Positions 34,865 to 37,624 of a stretch of DNA of 37,624 bases are shown in pieces. The stretch is from Candidatus Desantisbacteria bacterium CG1_02_49_89. GTDB taxonomy: Bacteria; Desantisbacteria; UBA1551. The stretch covers positions 1-37,624 of the forward strand of contig MNUP01000059.1 of the NCBI GenBank assembly GCA_001871075.1, read 5' to 3'. The notes below the pieces were generated by a model that did not search any database, was not told the origin of the DNA, and saw only the letters and a list, made by a program, of their open reading frames with translations. The position numbers and the translations under genes are program-made. How positions within the stretch are numbered: position 1 is the stretch's first letter; each line of letters begins with the position of its first letter.

Positions 34865-36927
34865 TGAACTACTATAAAAACTCCTTCATAATCTTTTAGG
34901 TCCAGCTTGATCTTTGTGCGATTGTCAGCAAATTTGAACGCTATTTTCTTAATTTTACCTGTTTCAGGATACCACAAAGATGGCATGCCTTTAACAGGAA
35001 CAGTAACATCAATTTGACACTGATTTTCGCTGATATTTGTGACAAAATAAATATGCTTTCCGCCTTTATAAATATGTTTGTAAAGAATATCCGGGTTCGC
35101 GGGCTCAACCGCAAGGTCGGTTATTTCGAGTTTCTTCAGATACTCTGCGAGCAGCCCGGTTTCAGGCAGGAATTCTCCCATCCCGGTAAACAGCTCTTTC
35201 GAGAGCTTTTCCGCTTCAACGTCATTGTCTTTCATCCCGGCGCCGTATTTCGGCATCATGCCCACCGAAACTACTTTCCCGTCCGCCTGTACGAATTTCA
35301 TCAACTTCTTCAGCGTCTTCACCGGCATCGCATCCGTGGGCGGAATGATTATCACGCTGTATTTTTCGTCGTGCGTCGTAAGTCGCCCTTGCGGGTCGTA
35401 CGTTTTAACTTTCACACTTTGCAATTTACAATTTGCAATTTGAAATTTGTAATTCTGTATCGCTCGGTCGTCCAGGATATCAAAGTCCACCTGGCTTCTC
35501 AGAAGCGCCCTGCACACGCTCGTAAACTCGTCCGCGACCATCTGCGCGGTTTTGTCAGGATGGGCTTCATAGATCGAGCGGCCTGTCGGGTAGAAATTCG
35601 AAAGCACTCCCCATATCGGGTAATAAACCGCGGCATTACATACGTGCTTCCCGCCTGTGAGCATGTATCCCAGCCTTGAAACGCATTCGCAGTATTTCCT
35701 GTATTCGCCGCCGGGGCCGGAAACATTGACCTTGTTGGAGAAAAACGCGTTCGTCTTCAGCTCTTTCCAGAAATGCCCGTAATAGGATGTGATCACGTTC
35801 ACGCCCAGCGCGTATTGCAGGTTCGCGGTCCCTATCATCTGCCTTACAGTAACCTGGATGCCCGCGCAACGCTCGCCGTGGTCCGAGGTTTCGCTCATTG
35901 TCCTGTCAGAACCGATCACATGCGAAACAGAACTGACAAGCTTCGGCGTTATAAAGCCGTTGCCCTCTATAAGATTGCGCGGGTTCGAGGAAAGTACATC
36001 AATACCCGGAAGGTCATACCTTCTGATGCTCCTGTAAAAATCCCCGTAAAAATACGCGTGCCATATAAGGTTTTCCTCGCACAGGGAATGCCCGCTCGCT
36101 TTTATCCCGATCTTGTGGCACCAGGCCTGTATCTGCCCGAAATACCTTTCAGCGCACAGATCAGCGACAACGTCGTAGAAATCGCAGCGCACCTTCCTGT
36201 GTTCATCCCCTGTGCCGCTGAACAGTTTTTCAAGATGCAGCTCAAGAAGATACCCCTTTTTCTTTTTGAAGATTTTCGTTAGATCTTCAACCCAGGGGAT
36301 GCAGGGCGGGAACTGCTGGTTCCCGCGTATATATGCTGTCATAAGCGAAGGCTCGTCTGTGAAAATTGCCCCTACTCGCTTTTTCAGGTTCGGTATGCGT
36401 TTCGCGTATTCTTTATGGGTCAGGTCTATGAACTTTTTTATCGCGTTCTTGTTGATAATGTTCACGTACGGCCTTTTCGCGTGCACATTCTCGGTAGCGT
36501 GGGTGCCGTCGTAGGTTTTTTGGGCTTCGTATTTAATACTGCCGTTTTCTTCCTCCTTACGGACAAGCCCGATGGACTGGTATTCAGGATCGGCTTCAAG
36601 GACCAGGGTTCCCGCCTCTCCTGAAGGATAGCCTTCCTCGTCATAAAGCCACAGCACAAAACCGTGTTTTTCCGCAAGCTTTATGCCGTCGAGCAAGAGT
36701 TTCCACTGGGCTTCGTCCTTCATGTAATTTTTAAAGCTTACGTTGAACACAAGCCCGCCCACCCCGAGATTTTGCAGCAACCTAAGGTTTGTTTCAAGCA
36801 TTTTAAGGTACGCGCCTGCGGCTGACAGCTTTTCGCCCTTTTCGCTGCGCAGAAGGTTGTCAAACCCGTGAATGATCTGCATTACCCGGTATTTGTTATC
36901 TGGATTCTTGAACTGTCTTTTATCCAT
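34858..36927 (-). CDS. Glycosyl hydrolase, GH106 / alpha-L-rhamnosidase-like
   Basis: LWLYDEEGYPSGEAG, AIFTDEP, YFGQIQAWC...GH..EE, PGID, KLVSSVSH, IYFVTN; ATG 36927. Confidence 0.7.
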   Translation of the reverse strand: MDKRQFKNPDNKYRVMQIIHGFDNLLRSEKGEKLSAAGAYLKMLETNLRLLQNLGVGGLVFNVSFKNYMKDEAQWKLLLDGIKLAEKHGFVLWLYDEEGYPSGEAGTLVLEADPEYQSIGLVRKEEENGSIKYEAQKTYDGTHATENVHAKRPYVNIINKNAIKKFIDLTHKEYAKRIPNLKKRVGAIFTDEPSLMTAYIRGNQQFPPCIPWVEDLTKIFKKKKGYLLELHLEKLFSGTGDEHRKVRCDFYDVVADLCAERYFGQIQAWCHKIGIKASGHSLCEENLIWHAYFYGDFYRSIRRYDLPGIDVLSSNPRNLIEGNGFITPKLVSSVSHVIGSDRTMSETSDHGERCAGIQVTVRQMIGTANLQYALGVNVITSYYGHFWKELKTNAFFSNKVNVSGPGGEYRKYCECVSRLGYMLTGGKHVCNAAVYYPIWGVLSNFYPTGRSIYEAHPDKTAQMVADEFTSVCRALLRSQVDFDILDDRAIQNYKFQIANCKLQSVKVKTYDPQGRLTTHDEKYSVIIIPPTDAMPVKTLKKLMKFVQADGKVVSVGMMPKYGAGMKDNDVEAEKLSKELFTGMGEFLPETGLLAEYLKKLEITDLAVEPANPDILYKHIYKGGKHIYFVTNISENQCQIDVTVPVKGMPSLWYPETGKIKKIAFKFADNRTKIKLDLKDYEGVFIVVQE

Positions 36928-36999
36928 CCTTTCTCCCTTTTTTTCATTATGTATTGTCACGAAACGTTACTGGGTTGCTGGGTTATAAATTTTTCAGTT

Positions 37000-37624
37000 T
37001 CAAAAATAAAACAATTTAGTTAAAACCGTTTTGCTGAGATTATGGGAATTAGCATGTTTAATATGACCAATCCAAGCCATAAAAGAAGAGCGCAACCGCT
37101 GAATAGAAATCAAATTCATTCTATAATTTTTCAATAAATCCTTAAAATGTCTGGTGAATTTATAAACTGTGGACTTTCGCACAAGCCTGTGAGTCGGGAA
37201 TATCCTGAACCCCAAGAATTCCACTCCCGTGTTTACGGGAAACACGTTTTCCTTTGCTGGATTCAAGGAAAGCCTTAAACCTTCTAAAAAATTACGGATA
37301 TTTTTCTTCACATCCCATAAATATGACTTTTTGTCAGAAAAAACCGCAAAATCATCCATATACCTTAAATAACACCCGACGCGCAGGATTTCCTTAATAT
37401 AATGATCCAGTTCATTCAGGTACACATTGCCAAAGAACTGGCTGGTAAGATTGCCGATCGGGATACCCCTGCTTCTTGAAAAAGGGGTAAAAAGGCCGTC
37501 TCCCTGGTACCACGCGGGAATATATTCGCTCTCAAGAATGTTCTTTCCGCTTTCAAGGATTTTCCTGACAAGGCAGATAACATCTCTGTCTTTTATCCAT
37601 CTTGAAATAATCCGAAGTAAAATC
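37000..37624 (-). CDS. Reverse transcriptase, DGR type (5' part outside the window)
   Basis: Frame is open to the window edge: ...GDGLFTPFSRSRGIPIGNLTSQFFGNVYLNELDHYIK...YLRYMDDF...GVEFLGF...WIGHIKHANS; SQ motif and no group II intron X/En domain. Confidence 0.88.
   Translation of the reverse strand, partial: ILLRIISRWIKDRDVICLVRKILESGKNILESEYIPAWYQGDGLFTPFSRSRGIPIGNLTSQFFGNVYLNELDHYIKEILRVGCYLRYMDDFAVFSDKKSYLWDVKKNIRNFLEGLRLSLNPAKENVFPVNTGVEFLGFRIFPTHRLVRKSTVYKFTRHFKDLLKNYRMNLISIQRLRSSFMAWIGHIKHANSHNLSKTVLTKLFYF

Noticed and set aside
36913-37601. Exact 16-bp match ctgtcttttatccatc at 36913-36928 and 37586-37601
   Set aside because: One copy is inside the intact RT frame, the match does not extend, and a chance 16-mer is plausible in a window of this size.
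37000-37624. RT as a group II intron or retron
   Set aside because: SQ instead of SP, no maturase X/En domain, no domain V/VI after the stop codon, and no retron VTG motif.

Overview
A chromosomal window (roughly 50% GC) from an unidentified bacterium, with 24 CDSs. The + strand block (148-10998) holds two spore-photoproduct-lyase-like radical SAM paralogs, a QueG/RdhA-like Fe-S protein, a two-domain FAD oxidoreductase with HEAT repeats, a URO-D/MtaA-family protein and a GH38 glycosidase. The long - strand block holds an ABC exporter, an orphan anti-sigma factor, a cyclophilin, a GH42-like enzyme, a zincin, hemW, parB and parA (separated by two genes), pilT, hppA, pabB, a second GH38 + URO-D pair, a GH106-like enzyme and, cut by the right edge, a DGR-type reverse transcriptase (GNLTSQ / YMDD). 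The most unusual feature is the non-coding DNA. Most spacers are built from a recurring vocabulary of degenerate 7-10 bp micro-repeat arrays, found on both strands and sometimes as inverted pairs. They are mixed with GTAG-stem-TTTA REP-like hairpins, GTCATTGCGA...TCGCAATGAC palindromes and small GC-rich hairpins inserted inside the other elements. The same elements also occur in frame inside or at the ends of several proteins (FAD oxidoreductase, GH38, HemW, ParB, PabB, GH106-like). No transposase, tRNA, rRNA, CRISPR array or DGR TR/VR pair is visible. All family calls are motif recognition by eye, not database hits.
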